Source of the DNA: Heterodontus francisci
Taxonomy: Eukaryota
NCBI RefSeq assembly: GCF_036365525.1
Contig: NC_090399.1
Span: 50,686,430-50,750,429, forward strand
Length of the DNA stretch: 64,000 bases
Direction of reading: 5' to 3'
In this document: positions 41,589-53,900 of the stretch, in pieces
How positions within the stretch are numbered: position 1 is the first letter of the stretch
Layout of the letters: every line of letters begins with the position of its first letter
Notes under the pieces: generated by a model
What the model was told of the DNA's origin: nothing
The model's input: only the letters and a program-made list of their open reading frames with translations
Database searches by the model: none
Program-made: the position numbers and the translations under genes

Positions 41589-44500
41589 GTAAGTGAGTTT
41601 TTTTTATTCTGGGGGACTGCCGCGGTAAGTGCGCCGCCGGCTCGCAGAGTTTACAAGATAGGACCATTCGGCCCATCTCCCCTGTGCCCTCTCTGCAGGA
41701 GAGAAAGAGAGCTCTCGCCTCAGTCCCATTCCTTTACCAAATGCCAGTTAGATTGAATCTTGAGACGGTGTAGGAAGCAGCGAATGACAATCATCCCGCT
41801 GACAATTCACAGCAATGGTGAGCTACCTATCACGTCCGGATGGGGGTGCACTCTGGAGGGCAGATTAGATTAGATTAGATTAGAGATACAGCACTGAAAC
41901 AGGCCCTTCGGCCCACCGAGTCTGTGCCGAACATCAACCACCCATTTTATACTAATCCTACACTAATCCCATATTCCCAACAAACATTCCCACCTGTCCC
42001 TATATTTCCCTACCACCTACCTATACTAGTGACAATTTATAATGGCCAATTTACCTATCAACCTACAAGTCTTTTGGCTTGTGGGAGGAAACCGGAGCAC
42101 CCGGAGAAAACCCACGCAGACACAGGGAGAACTTGCAAACTCCACACAGGCAGTACCCGGAATCGAACCCGGGTCCCTGGAGCTGTGAGGCTGCGGTGCT
42201 AACCACTGCGCCACTGTGAACAATGCTCAGAGGATCTTTATTGCTTTACCCTAGATAATGTTCTGTTGAATTTGTGAAGCTTCCATACCCCAGGAAGGAT
42301 TCCTTCTGGCTGCTGATCGTAGTGAAATATATTTGGGAAGTTGTTGTATGAGTTTGCTACAAACAGGGAACAGGAAAGCAATTGACAAGGGTTTGGGTTT
42401 GTACTGTTCTGTTTGTGTGACCAGAAATCCCATGACAACTGCACTTTATTCACCAGATGTCAACCTTCAAAACTACCCTGAGTTTTCTCCAGATATCAAA
42501 AAATGCTGAAAGTACTCAGCAGGTCTGGCAGCCTACTCCTAATTCTAGTATTCTTGTGAGAGAGAAGCAGAGACAGGTGGGGATGTTTGGTAGGAATATG
42601 GGATTAGTGTAGGATTAGTATAAATGGGTGGTTGATGTTCGGCACAGACTCGGTGGGCCGAAGGGCCTGTTTCAGTGCTGTATTAGGGCGGCGCAGTGGT
42701 TAGCACTGCAACCTCACAGCTCCAGGGATCTGGGTTCGATTCTGGGTACTGCCTGTGTGGAGTTTGCAAGTTCTCCCTGTGTCTGCGTGGGTTTTTTCCG
42801 GGTGCTCCGGTTTCCTCCCACAAGCCAAAAGACTTGCAGTTTGGTAGGTAAATTGGCCATTATAAATTGTCACTAGTATAGGTAGATGGTAGGGAAATAT
42901 AGGGACAGGTGGGGATGTTTGGTAGGAATATGGGATTAGTATAAATGGATGGTTGATGGTCGGCACAGACTCGGTGGGCCGAAGGGCCTGTTTCAGTGCT
43001 GTATCTCTAATCAATCTAATCATCTCTAATCTAATCTTAATGTTTCAGGTCCATGATCTTTTGTCAGTCTGAAGTATTAACTATTCCTTTCTACGTAGAT
43101 GCTGAGTGACCTGCTGAGTATTTCCAACATTTTCTGCATCTGCAATATTTTGCTCTTCCAGTAGCACTTCAATCTTTGACTTTTATCTCTCACTGTGCCT
43201 CTTTATTCTGTTTTCAATATCCTGTACTACTTGCTACTATTACTCCATGTTTCACTTTGCTTTTTCAGCAATCTCTGTCTAGTACTTTTGTTGCCATTCT
43301 TTTTCTGTATTTTTGTTAAAATGTCTAGTTTTGTCTTTGGAACCGAGAGATCCTAATCCGTGTAAGAATATCTCCCAGAGGCTGGGGCTGAGAGATCCTA
43401 GTCAATGTATGGATGTCTCCCAGCCCCAGTATCTAGGAGACCCCAGTCAGTGTTGCTGATGGATTTGAATGCTGTTGCCGTTAAATCTGTGCTCACTCTG
43501 AACCTCCCATCTGTCCCTAGGTGCTCCACAGGTACAGGTGTATACCTACAAACCCATAAAGGATGGTGAAGCCAATGTTCTCCTCTGTCATGCCAAAGAA
43601 TTCAGCCCCCCTAACATCAAGCTGCTGCTGTTTGAGAATGGTGTAGAAATACCCCATGCTTCACAGTCCGATCTCTCCTTTGAGGCAGACTGGAGCTTCA
43701 AACTCACCAAGTATGTGGACATCACCGCCAAGAGCGGAGCGAAGTACTCCTGTAAGATGGAACACAATGGTCTCACAAAAGTGTTTGAGCTGGGTAAGTA
43801 ATTTATTTGTTCATTATGGATAATATGCATCAACACACACATACTCTCTCCCCCTGTGGTACCAGCTCATCAACTTCAAACTCCATCCGACACACATAAT
43901 CTGGTAAACACAGTCTCCTCTTCAACTGAACATCTGACATCAGTCCTTGATTAGATTCCGCACTGTAACTCACTCCCAGGTATCCATTATCCTATATATA
44001 TAAACCACCTGAACCCCTCGATTCGATTCCAGCCTGTAACTTACTACCAAGCATCCATTATTCTGGACATAAACCATCTGAACCTCTTGTAAAATTATAG
44101 ATCTACTTGTACTCTAGCATAAAGAATATGTTAATTTGGTGTAACCTGCCTATGAACAGGCTACACTGACTGAGATCCTCTGGTTCAGTGATTTCACTAA
44201 TCCTTCAAGCTTTGAGCACAGCAAGCTCCCACAAACAGTAACTTGATAAAGAGCTGACAATCTGTTTTGGGTGTTGGTTGAGAGATAAATATTGGCAAGT
44301 ACGTTGGAGAGAACTCCCACACTCTTCTTCGAAATAGTGCCTCGAGGTTTTTTATGTTGATCTGTGAGGACTGATGGGACCTTGGTCTAACGTCTCATCT
44401 GAATGATGGCACCTCTAACAGTGCAGCACTCCCTCAATACTGCACTTGAGTGCCTGCCTAGTTACTATGCTCAGGTCTCGGGAGTGGTGTTTGAACCCAC

Positions 44501-45024
44501 AACCTTCTGACTTGGGTGAGAGTGGTACCACTGAGCCATGGGGAATGCCTACAATCATGCTGTGTGGTACAGTAACCAACACGTCAGCACTGACTGAGCA
44601 CATGCACTTCTTAGAATCTCTGTGCACTGTCTTTCTGAAGGTGCTGACCTATCTAGCTAACTCATGAACCCTGGAAGATTTATTTCAGAAAGTAACAGTT
44701 TGGGATCCAGTGTATGACGTGATGAGTGCAACAGGCTTGGGAGCAACCACAGAGTTCGGACCTATAGATCTCAAAACTCCACCACTGGGAGTTTCCTCAC
44801 CTCATGTCTGGGTCTGTTGTCGACTAATTTTTAGAGATTGATTGCTATCAGTCAACAGCTCCATTATCATTTTATCATGTGACTACCAGGATGGTAGAGA
44901 GTGAGCTAAATGAACCTTGCTCTTCCATCGAGTAATTCCCATGTGGAAGACTGGTGAGTAGCTGTAGGTTTAGATCACAGACTAATGATGTTTCTTTCTG
45001 CTTTCACCCACAGATAGCTACTAG
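41534..45024 (+). CDS. b2m: Beta-2-microglobulin, spliced CDS join(41534..41588,43521..43793,45014..45024), 112 aa
   Basis: Spliced translation MMWKILGVLASMVALSLA-SAPQVQVYTYKPIKDGEANVLLCHAKEFSPPNIKLLLFENGVEIPHASQSDLSFEADWSFKLTKYVDITAKSGAKYSCKMEHNGLTKVFEL-DSY*. It has a hydrophobic leader and a C1-set Ig domain with P-x-VQVY, N-x-L-x-C, F-x-P-x-x-I, DLSF-x-x-DWSF and Y-x-C-x-x-x-H motifs diagnostic of b2m. Both coding introns are GT-AG and phase 1; 55+273+11=339 nt. Confidence 0.96.
41863..42218 (-). mobile_element. HE1-like tRNA-derived SINE in b2m intron 1
   Basis: On the - strand: A box TGGCGCAGTGG, B box GGTTCGATTCC, CR1-like 3' tail GGGCCGAAGGGCCTGTTTCAGTGCTGTATCTC and (CTAAT)n terminus. 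Confidence 0.85.
42572..43037 (+). mobile_element. HE1-like SINE (full copy 42686-43037, preceded by a 3' fragment 42572-42683)
   Basis: GGCGCAGTGGTTAGC A box, GGTTCGATTC B box and the same tail as the 41863-42218 copy; inserted into an older palindromic repeat (about 42500-43160). Confidence 0.85.
43521..43793 (+). CDS. b2m: b2m exon 2 (Ig C1 domain)
   Basis: Acceptor cccatctgtccctag|G at 43520/43521 and donor G|gtaagt at 43793/43794; overlaps ORF 43538..43801; both Ig cysteines present. Confidence 0.97.
44215..44540 (-). mobile_element. DeuSINE-like SINE in b2m intron 2
   Basis: Reverse complement matches the 7462-7915 element (CAGTGCAGCACTCCCTCA, CGTCTCATCTGAA, GAACCCACAACCTTCTGACT). Confidence 0.65.
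45014..45024 (+). CDS. b2m: b2m exon 3 coding part (D-S-Y-stop); exon extends to 45039
   Basis: Pyrimidine tract and cag|ATAGCTACTAG; donor AG|gtaagc at 45039/45040. Matches the short stop-containing third exon typical of vertebrate b2m. Confidence 0.88.
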
Positions 45025-45129
45025 CCTGTCACAGCAGAGGTAAGCACTGTCTCACAGCTCAGCCACAGTTACTGAAAGGACATGTACAGCACAACAATCA
45101 ATTCGCTGCTCTGTTTTTCTCTTTTGCAG

Positions 45130-46075
45130 CCACTGGGCACCGTGGTGAGACTTCTGAATGAATCGCCCACCTCTGGAAGAAAATCAGCTTTGTTTCAACC
45201 TATTTTCAAATGTAAAATTTCAAAGCAAATAAATATTTTCATGATGGCATTGATCTGACCTCTTAAACTAGTTGTCTGAGGGAAAGCAAGTTTGTTTTTG
45301 GTTCTGTAATCTGTAATTTACGCCCTTGATAAATGTCACATCCATTTGTGAGATGGTTTGAGCTTCTTTTCTATATTTGCCAGTGAAATTGTTAAGTGCT
45401 GACTCCGTTGATTTGAAATCTCCCTCCTAACTGCTCCACAATGATCAGGTTACCCTGCAAATAAAGCCCAATCAAAGTCTTGGTAGAGAGATTCAAATGC
45501 CACCTTATTGCAAGGCTCACAATTCAGTTGAGAGTTGGAGCCCTCAATACATGAACAGTAGGATACTCAAAGTTGGTGTTTGGTTTAGATTTAAAGCTTT
45601 TGTTTTCCTGAACTGTGAGCTGCACATGTGCTAATAAGGCCTTGCTCTACTACCCGAGTACCTCAACAGCAAGGGTCACAACAACTTCCATCTGTACTCA
45701 CAGCTGGGAGTCTGGATACTGGGCTTATGTTCAATTTTGAACACCTTTGGACAGATCCCACCTGCTCTTTTCCCACCTGGCTTCCAGTCCATCCTGCTGA
45801 TTTACCCTGGAAAACCCTGCAGTGTGAGAGAATCTTGGCCGAGTTGGATATTTTGAGGTTTGGGCCTCATACATGGAGTAATATGGAGGTTAGCACCACA
45901 CAAATTAACTTTTACGAGCATCTTCTGCAAATCATAGAGACTCAATGCTGATTATTGGGATTTTTGCAATTGTGCTGTTAATAATTAGATTAAAATTCCA
46001 TGTAATACATGCACAATTCTCTGCTATTGTCTTTATACTTACTCGTGTGAATAAAATCTTCCTCTTTATCTGCTT
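45130..46075 (+). other. b2m: b2m exon 4 (non-coding 3' UTR) with several poly(A) signals
   Basis: Acceptor tttttctcttttgcag|C at 45129/45130; AATAAA at 45228, 45460 and 46050, ATTAAA at 45989; T/GT-rich tract after the last signal. The 3' end is inferred. Confidence 0.7.
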
Positions 46076-46564
46076 GTTGTCTCAATTGTAAACCTTACTT
46101 CATTTTGGAAACAAAAAAACAGCCCATTCACTGTAAACATTAGTGTTAGTAATCCCAGACTTGTAGGTCCAGGTTAAAGCAACTGGGTGATAATTCATGG
46201 AGGAAGACACCCCCTCACATATTGAGGCATTGATCCCTCTGATTGTAGAGATGTTTTTAGGAGTGATCAGGTGTCAATTTGTATATAAAAATAAATAATT
46301 CACATCGAAACAAGAAATATGTCAACCCAGTTATTTGTTGCTATTTTATTCTGACCTTTGGATAAAGAGGAATAGTGCTGAAAGTATGGGGTGGTGCCAG
46401 GCAGCTGCTAATCTAGAGGAGCTTCCAATAAGAACAGAGGCTGGGCCCTGTTGGACCACATGCCCACATGCAGTACCTGGACAGCAGTTAATCATATCCA
46501 AGGCCAGGTTCCAAACACATGGGCTCAGGCCTAACTGGCAGACCAATCACAACAAGTGTTGATT

Positions 46565-47060
46565 TGTTTTTTGTTCATGGGATGTGAGCGTTGCACTTAT
46601 TGCCCTTGAGAAGGTGGTGGTGAGCTGCATTCTTGAACTGCAGCTGTCCATGTGGTGTAGGTACACCCACAGTGCTGTTAGGAAGGGAGTTCCAGGATTT
46701 TGACCCAGCGACTGAAGGAACGGCGCTATAGTTCCAAGTCAAGATGGTATGTGACTTAGAAGGGAACTTGCCTTGATGGTGTTCCCATGCATTTTCTGCC
46801 CTTATCCTCCTAAGCGGTAGAGGTCGCGAGTTTGGAAGGTGCTGTCAAAGGAGCATTGCTGCAGTGCATCTTGTAGATGGTACACACTGCATCGGTGGTG
46901 GATGGATTGAATGTTTGTAGATGGGGTGCCAATCAAGTGGGCTGCTATGTTCTGAATGGTGTCGAGCTTCTTGAGCATTGTTGGAGCTGCACTCATCCAT
47001 GCAAGTGTTCCATCACACTCCTGACTTGAGCCTTGTAGATGGTGGACAGGCTTTGAGAAG
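46565..47060 (-). mobile_element. CR1-superfamily LINE 3' fragment (same family as 175-835)
   Basis: Colinear with 175-730; ORF 46802..46996 SAAPTMLKKLDTIQ. Confidence 0.8.
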
Positions 47061-47423
47061 TCTTTAAAATGTACTAAGGAAATTCACAGCAGCATTATCA
47101 AACAAAATTTGGTGCTGAGCCACATAAGAAGTTATGAGGACATTTGGCCAAAACCTTGGTCAAAAAGGTAGGTTTTAAAGGAACGTATGAAAGGAGGAAG
47201 GAGAGGCAGAGAGGTTTGGGGAGGGAATTCCAGAGCTTCGGGCCCCGGCAACTGAATGCATGGCTGCCAATGATTAAATTTGGGGATGCAGCCAAAGTTG
47301 GAGAAGCACAGATAGCTTGGGAGAGTTATGAGGCAGGAGGAGATTAGAGAGATAGGGAGGGGTGAAGCCATGGAGGGATTTAAAAATAAGGATGAGAATT
47401 TTAAAATTGAAACATTGCTCAAA

Positions 47424-49744
47424 TGTTATGACTGAGGTGAGAGGAGTGCACTGTTTATTTTAGTTCCACTTCTCTGCAGGTCACAACATATATTTACATT
47501 TTTTTCCACTTACCGATACAGTCAATCATAGACTCTATTTTTATCCCAGAATAAAACACACCAACCAGGTTTCTTCAGTAAACAACAACATCAGTTTATT
47601 ATAAAGCAAGTCTTAACCAGTAATGAAGCAAAGCATAAACACACAGATAAAAATATAAAAGTTCCCTTTTTACCTTAGCCCCTCACACACAGATACACCA
47701 GTTAACTGAAAAAATAAAGAGATTTACTCTATGGAGCTCTAGGAAAAAAAATATGTTGGCTAAAATACTTGCTAATTCTTGAAGAAAAAGAAAAGATATG
47801 AAAAGATGTCCGAAGTCCTTCTTGGTTTGGCGTCCCAAAAATGTATGAAAAGGTTGCGGGGACAGACCAAATAATTATAGGCTAGTCAGTCTGACCTCGG
47901 TGCTGGGCAAATTATTAGAATCAACTCTGAGCGATAGGATAAACTGCCACTTAGAAAAGCACAGATTAATCACGGATAATCAGCATGGATTTGTTAAGGG
48001 AAGGTCTTATCTTACAATTGAATTTTTTGATGAAGTAACGAGGATTGATGAGGGTAGTGCAGTGGATGTGGTTTACCTGGATTTTAGTAAAGCATTTGAC
48101 AAGGTCCCACATGGCAGACTGATCAGAAAAATTAAAGCCCATGGTATACAGGGGAATGTGGCAGGTTGGATCAAAAATTAGCTCAGTAACAGGAAACAAA
48201 GAGTGGTGGTCGATGGAGGTTTTTGCGAATAGAAAGCAATTTCCAGTGGCGTTGCACAGGATTCAGTGTTGGGTACCTTGCTGTTTGTGGTATATATTAA
48301 TGATTTGGACTTAAATGTGGAAGGCATGATTGGGAAATTTCCAATGACACAAAAATTGGCCGTGTAGTTGATAGTGAAGAGGATAGCTGTAGACTCCAGA
48401 ATGATATCAATGATTTGATTGAGTGGTGAAAAGTGGCAAATGGAATTCAATCCGGAGAAGTGTGAGGTAATGCATTTGGGGGCAGCAAATAAAGCAAGAG
48501 GATACACAATAAACAGGAGGATATTGAGAGGGGTAGAAGAAGTGAGAGACCTTGGAGTGCATGTCTACAGGTCCTTGAAGGTGGCAGGACAGGTAGATAG
48601 AGTGATGAAGAAGGATTATGGAATGCTTTCCTTTATTGGCCCTGATTTAGAATACACAAGAAGGGATGTAGTGCTGGAACTATATTAAACACTGGTTAGG
48701 CCACATCTGGAGTACTGCGTACAGTTCTGGTCACCATATAATAGGACGGACATAATTGCTCTGGAGAGAGTACAGAGAAGATTTACAACAATGTTGCCAG
48801 GGCTTGAAAGTTGTAGCTATGAGGAAAGAAAGGATCAGCTAGGGTTGTTTTCCTTCGAACAGAGGAGGCTGAGGGGTGACTTAATTGAGGTGTACAAAAT
48901 TATGAATAGAGTAGACAGGAAGGACCTGTTTCCCCTAGTGGAGAGGTAAATTACCAGGGGTCACAGATTTAAGGTGATTGGTAGAAGGATTAGAGGGGAC
49001 ATGAGGAAAACTTTTTCACCCAAAGGGTGGTGGGTGTCTGGAATTCACTGCCCAGATCGGTGATAGAGGCAGAAACCCTCAACTCATTTAAAAGGTACCT
49101 GGAACGGCACCTGAAGTGCTACAACATGCAAGGCTACAGAGCAGGTGCTGGAAGGTGGGATTAGATTGGGCGGCAAGTATTTTCAGCTGGTGCAGACACA
49201 ATGGTCTGAATGAGTTCCTTCTGTGCTTTAACTTTTCCATGGTTCTATGGCTGTTACAGGGATCTTCCTAGAACAGTTCTTGACAGGCAACATCGAAGAT
49301 CAGTTTGGGCAGGCTTTCAAGGGAAAATGCAGTCACAGGGGTTTCAGGCAGTTTCTTATATCTGCTTTTCAAGAGATGGAAAACTGGCAGGCTTTTTCAA
49401 ACAGCTGGAACAGACTGAGCTGGGTGTTGCTCTTTTGGCAAGTTTTCTCCAACTGTCTTTTCAAACCATTGTCCATATCCCAACTCACTATCCAAAGCAA
49501 AACCATAAACAATGTCAGGAGTCAAACCTCCTGCTCCCTATAAATCTTGACCTGTCTCTGCAAACATCTTTCCCCAGGTCAAAAACAACTCCTGCTGGGT
49601 AATTATTTGAAGACAGGTGCCTTCCAATAACTGTTACAGTCTAGATCTCTCAGTTACGCTTGCAAAAAAAAACCTATGGACTTCTTTTCAGTTTTAAACC
49701 ACAAATCTTCAAAATTTAACAAAAAAATGAAAGCACTCGTAACA
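47424..49744. mobile_element. Probable solo LTR (about 0.9 kb net) split by a CR1 insertion and itself inserted in an L2 fragment
   Basis: Starts TGTTATGA and ends TCGTAACA (inverted termini, TG...CA); flanks CAAA/CAAC; L2-like sequence continues on both sides. Confidence 0.6.
47850..49250 (+). mobile_element. CR1 LINE RT-to-3' fragment
   Basis: QHGFVKGRS, YLDFSKAFDKVPH and WQMEFNPEKCEVMHLG; 3' tail TTCCATGGTTCTATGG. Confidence 0.92.
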
Positions 49745-50464
49745 CAACCAAGAACCAATGTACATCAGCGAGTGTAATGTGATATTGTACGAGTTAGGAT
49801 AAAGGCAGCAAAGTTTTGGATCAGAAGTTCATGGAGGATAGAAGATGGGAGTCCAAACAGGAGTACATTGGAATAGACAAGACGAGAGCTAATAAAGACA
49901 TGGATTATACAAATGCAATCATTTGTCTGACCAGCAACAGTGCTGAGCTGGGGGCCTGATAAACAGAGATAAATGTCAGTAAACTAAGGGGACCTGCATT
50001 CAAACAAAGCCCAGTGCGGGAAGAAAGGTTCGCTGGATGAAAAGGCCCCACGTGAGATGTGTTTGCCCCAATTCACCATAGCTCCAGATAGACTAAGGCC
50101 TACAGTGGATGACTGTGTGACACAGGAACTGTAACATTGCAATGGTAGACTACCCTCTTCTCAGGGTGGGAATGTATAGTGAAACTTTGGAACTAACCTA
50201 GGAGTGCTCAAATTTAGACAGGGGTCAGGATAGGCCAAAGCATTTCAGTGACCAGCTATAACACTCTTATATTTGATACACAAGAAATTTATCAATTACA
50301 AGGGATTTATTTTGTGTAAATTCCACTTGTGCGATAGCATATGTCGAGCATAAAAGTTCTATCAATCAACAGTGGGTGACTCTGGGCAGTAACGATCAGT
50401 ATCACTGATCACACATTACTGGGAGAACCTGGGCAGTGACCATCACTATCACTGATAGAGATCA

Positions 50465-50930
50465 CAGGCAATGACCATCTTCAACAAGAGAGAATCTAAC
50501 CATCTCCTCTTGACATTCAATGGCATCACCATCGCTGAATCCCCCACTATCAACATCCTAGGGTCTACCAATGACCAGAAATTGAACTGGAGTAGTCATA
50601 CAAATACCGTGGCTGCAAGAGCAGGTCAGAGGCTAGGAATCCTGTGGCAAGTATCTCACCTCCTGACTCCCCAAAGCCTGTCCACCATCTACAAGGCACA
50701 AGTCAGGAGTGTGATGGAATACTCTCCACTTGCCTGGATGGGTGCAGCTCCAACAACACTCAAGAAACTCGACACCATCCAGCACAAAAGCAGCCCGTTT
50801 GATTGGCACCCCATCCACAAACATTCACTCCCTCCACCACCGACGCACAGTGGCAGCATCTACAAGATGCACTGCAAAAAACACACCAAGGCCCTTAGAC
50901 AGCATCTTCAAAACTTGCGACCTCTACCAA
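50465..50930 (+). mobile_element. CR1-superfamily LINE fragment
   Basis: ORF 50471..50968 YKAQVRSVMEYSPLAWMGAAPTTLKKLDTIQ. Confidence 0.85.
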
Positions 50931-50934
50931 AATT

Positions 50935-53900
50935 ATCATGGATTTTAACTGACCGTGTAGAAGATTGAGGAAATTCAATTTGGAGATCCCTGGTTCAGTG
51001 CTAGCATTTAAATTGCTAAGTTGCTAGGGTGTCGCATATGGACAGACTCCTGGTTCTATCTGGGATTCAGTTCCTGGAAAAAAAACTCCCTGTTGGATCA
51101 GATCTTTGCTGCTTTAAAGAAATTCCTGGGGAAACAGTCATTTCCCACAGCACTGGTAGAACAAACAGGGCATTTTGTGGTGACACAAAGAATGGAGGAC
51201 TCAACGATTACCGGATTTTGAAATGGTCCAGATACTGGATGCAGGCACCAGTACAACGGAAGAGTTAAAGACAGGAGGAATGAGGATGAAAGCACCTTTA
51301 GCATGTCTGATTATTACAACAGAAGACAGAATTGGAACAGCAATCATAGGTGACTCAATCCCAGGAATGCCCAAGGAACAGTTAATAGGTGCTTCAGGTG
51401 TGACTCAAAGTATAATTATGCAATGAACTGCTCAAAGTGGAGAGGGAGAGTCCTCAAAATAACACATGACATAGAGAATTCTGAGGCATAAGAGGAAGGT
51501 ACAGATGAATCTGAGCGAACTGTACCAGTCATAAGGAGTTTTAGTCCTGTGATGAATGTTACTTGCAGATTCGTTCAACTGTGCTATGTTAGATAGTGCT
51601 TGCACATCGACAGTAAGTGGAACTGACTGGTTACAATGTTATCTGGATTCACTCAGTAGTGAGGATAAATACAGATTAAGGAGTATAAAACTACTACTTG
51701 CTTTAGGTTTGGTGATGACAACACATTGAAGTCACTGAAGAGAGTAATAATTCCATGTAAAATAGCTGCAGTAAGCCACTTTATCAGTACTGATGTAGTC
51801 TCGAGTGAAAGTAGTCTTCAATGAAAAAGGCACAAATGAAGCTTGATATGGAGCATAAGGCAATTGTTTGTGAAACGTCAGTAAATTTGCAGTTTATCCC
51901 CTTAACAAAACCTGATCTTTCGAGTCAGTGTTAGAGAAGCATTAATGGCATCAGGTGATAAGAGTCAGAGAAAAAAAGCAAATTGTCTTAAAGTTACACA
52001 AACAATTTGCTCACCTTTCTTGTCAAAGATTAAAAACCCTGCTAAAGGATGCAGGCGTGAGTGATGAACAGTATACAAGGATAATAGAAGAGATTTGTGA
52101 AGTGTGAAATCTGTAAAAAGTATCAGCGGACACCGTCACGTCCTATTGTAAGCCTTCCATTGGCATGTGACTTTAACAAGGTAGTTGCCATGGATTTAAA
52201 GGTATGGGACAAAGACATTTAAGATTTCATTCTACACTTTATAGACCTGGCAACCAGATTTAATCTTTCTACAATAATACATAGCAAGGACAAACAGTGA
52301 TTGTAGATAAAATCATGGAGAAATGGATAGGGACTGGACTTGGGTGATCAGCTAAGCTTTTGACTGGCAAATTCCCCTCCATTATCAATGACAAGTTCAG
52401 AGACATGTGTGAAAACATGAACATTATGGTTATGAATACCACAGCTGAAAGTCCTTTCAGCAATGGGCTCTGTGAAAGGAATCACATGGTAATTGACGAA
52501 ATACTGCATAAAATCTTAGATGACCAACCAAACTGCAAGTTAATTAATGCCCAGGCATGGGCAGTTTATGCGAAGAATTTGCTTCAGAAGGTTGGAGGAT
52601 ATAGTCCCTATCAATTGATCTATGGGCAGAATTCCAAATTGCCTTTTGTACTGTGCAACAGTTCTCCTGCTCCAGAAGATACTACAATTAGTTCAATTTT
52701 TTCCTGCACATTTGAATGCTTTATATACAGGGAAACAGGCTTTCATCAAGGCTGAAGTCTCAGAGAAAATTCAGGGACCTCTGAGGCATTGTATAAGGCC
52801 ATCTGAGACAGAACTTAATTCAGGAGATTTGGTGTATTATAAAAGAGAGGGTCATATGGAATGGAAGGGTCCTGGTAAGGTCATGATGGTGTAAAAGTAG
52901 TTATCAAACATGGAAATCAAACTGTTAAGGTTCATTCCTCATGATTAATCAGGTTTGATTACAAAATCTAAGAATCTGAGCAGCTGATAGAAGGAAACGA
53001 GGTATCTTGTGTTTTGTAATGAAGGTCCTGATGAACAGAATACAGTAGATCAGGTCTGGATAGTAATGTGAGTGATCAAAACACATATGACAGCTATCGC
53101 ATCTAAAGGCCAATTGCCCAGGGTGGGTACTCGGGTGACATATATTCCAGAAGGGTTACTGAGTGGAGGGGTGTGACAAATGTGGGGCATGCAGGAAGAT
53201 CTACTGGCAAGTTTAAATATCGGTTGAATGTTCAGGATGATGGCAAAGAAGAGAGATTCATAGAATGGCATAATGGGGTGAATGAGTGGAGAGTAAGCAA
53301 GTTCTAATAGTGGGTCTGGAAATAACTCTTATGTCAGGCAACAATCACGTACTGGAGAAAGAGCCTCCGATAGTGCGAGAGGGAAATCTTACAGTAGTAG
53401 TCCCGAAAGACATCAAAGTGCCAGTACAGGATGTAGTTTGAACAGATTACACAATGAAATGAAAGCTGAAGAACAGTTTCGCAATAGAGCTCGAAGCAGA
53501 AGTCCTCATGACTGTGACGTTTTAGTGGTTGCCAATAAACCTAAGGATAAACTAATGAGAGAAAAAACAAAAGGAATTAGAGAGTTGGAGAGAATTTGGT
53601 ATTTATTCTGAGCTACTAGATAAGGGACAGTCAGCCTTATCATAAATATGGATTTGTACTGAAAAAGCCTTTGCAGATGGGACTTGTAAGAGTACAGCAA
53701 GGCTAGTTGGGAGGGCTTTTGAAGAGCAACTGGGTGATATAGATGTTAGAGTGGATCCTCTGATAGCTGAAAATGTGATCTCGAAAATCTTTTTTGCTCT
53801 TTTGGCCACATATGTTTGGGAGTTTAGATAAATTGACATAAAAGCTGCGTTTCTGCAGGGTGATGCTTTTCGGAGACGTGTATCTGAAACCACCTAAAGA

